Source: an uncultured Chloroflexia bacterium (GTDB taxonomy: Bacteria; Chloroflexota; Limnocylindria; Limnocylindrales; CSP1-4). Taken from it: a stretch of 64,000 bases of DNA. The stretch lies in NCBI GenBank assembly GCA_963755115.1, contig CAVWIK010000004.1, positions 145,218-209,217 of the forward strand, in the 5' to 3' direction. Numbering within the stretch: the stretch's first letter is position 1; each line of letters begins with the position of its first letter. This document shows positions 63,666-64,000 of this stretch, one piece after another. Made by a program: the position numbers and the translations under genes. Below the pieces are notes generated by a model. The model worked only from the letters and a program-made list of their open reading frames with translations, did not search any database and was not told the origin of the DNA.

Positions 63666-64000
63666 GCCGTCGGACCTGGCTTCTTGCGGCCGGTGGCGGC
63701 GGTCGTGGCCTTGCGCCCGGCCGCCGGAGCAGCCTTCCGCCTGGCGGGGCCGGCCGTCTTCGACGCGGGCCGAGCCTTGGGCCTCGCGGTCCCAGCGGTC
63801 GCGCCGTTCGAACCGGTCGCCGGTGGCGTGGCAGCGGCCAGCGCGGCCGAGGCCGCAGCAGCCTTGGCGTCGGCCAGGAGGTGGGCGGAGAAGATGTCGA
63901 GGGCTTTGCGCGTCTTCGTCTGCTGCTCGCCGGATGTCGTCACGCCATGGCGGGCCAGTGAGGAGCGCGCCTCCGCCGCGGTCTGGAACGCCTGCGACGG
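63662..64000 (-). CDS. C-terminal part of an unknown protein with Lys/Ala-rich tail (runs off the window)
   Basis: Frame is open to the window edge (PSQAFQTAAEARSSLARHGVTTSGEQQ...); stop overlaps the sufD TTG start. It does not look like a SufB C-terminus. Confidence 0.55.
   Translation of the reverse strand, partial: PSQAFQTAAEARSSLARHGVTTSGEQQTKTRKALDIFSAHLLADAKAAAASAALAAATPPATGSNGATAGTARPKARPASKTAGPARRKAAPAAGRKATTAATGRKKPGPTA

Overview
A gene-dense, very GC-rich bacterial chromosomal segment. By gene style it resembles a soil or freshwater Chloroflexota or Actinomycetota genome, probably a MAG; this is inference. I found no rRNA, tRNA, CRISPR array, prophage or transposase. Main content: (1) A dispersed reductive pyrimidine/beta-alanine catabolic set: NMT1/THI5-type ABC importer, class-III aminotransferase, beta-ureidopropionase-like nitrilase, dihydropyrimidinase and CoA-acylating (methyl)malonate-semialdehyde dehydrogenase. 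No PreT/PreA dihydropyrimidine dehydrogenase is present in the window, but an F420-type LLM oxidoreductase is. (2) A SAM-I riboswitch controlling a ThrC-like PLP enzyme plus a MoaD/CysO-like sulfur carrier. (3) An IclR-regulated, non-phosphorylative L-fucose/D-arabinose-type catabolic cluster with two visible operator palindromes. (4) mdh, pckA, a large secreted S8 protease, cbs and a cystathionine gamma-lyase, two Lgt paralogues (one degenerate), a UbiA/CrtEb-GT2 fusion, an ECF sigma/anti-sigma pair, a VIT1-ferritin fusion and the end of a suf region. Many genes look leaderless. About a dozen frameshifts, nearly all resolvable as single-base insertions, are most likely sequencing errors. The best candidates for novelty are the F420-LLM pyrimidine route, the SAM-I ThrC-like/sulfur-carrier operon, a structured leader RNA upstream of an NlpC/P60 gene, the prenyltransferase-GT2 fusion and the pseudo-Lgt.
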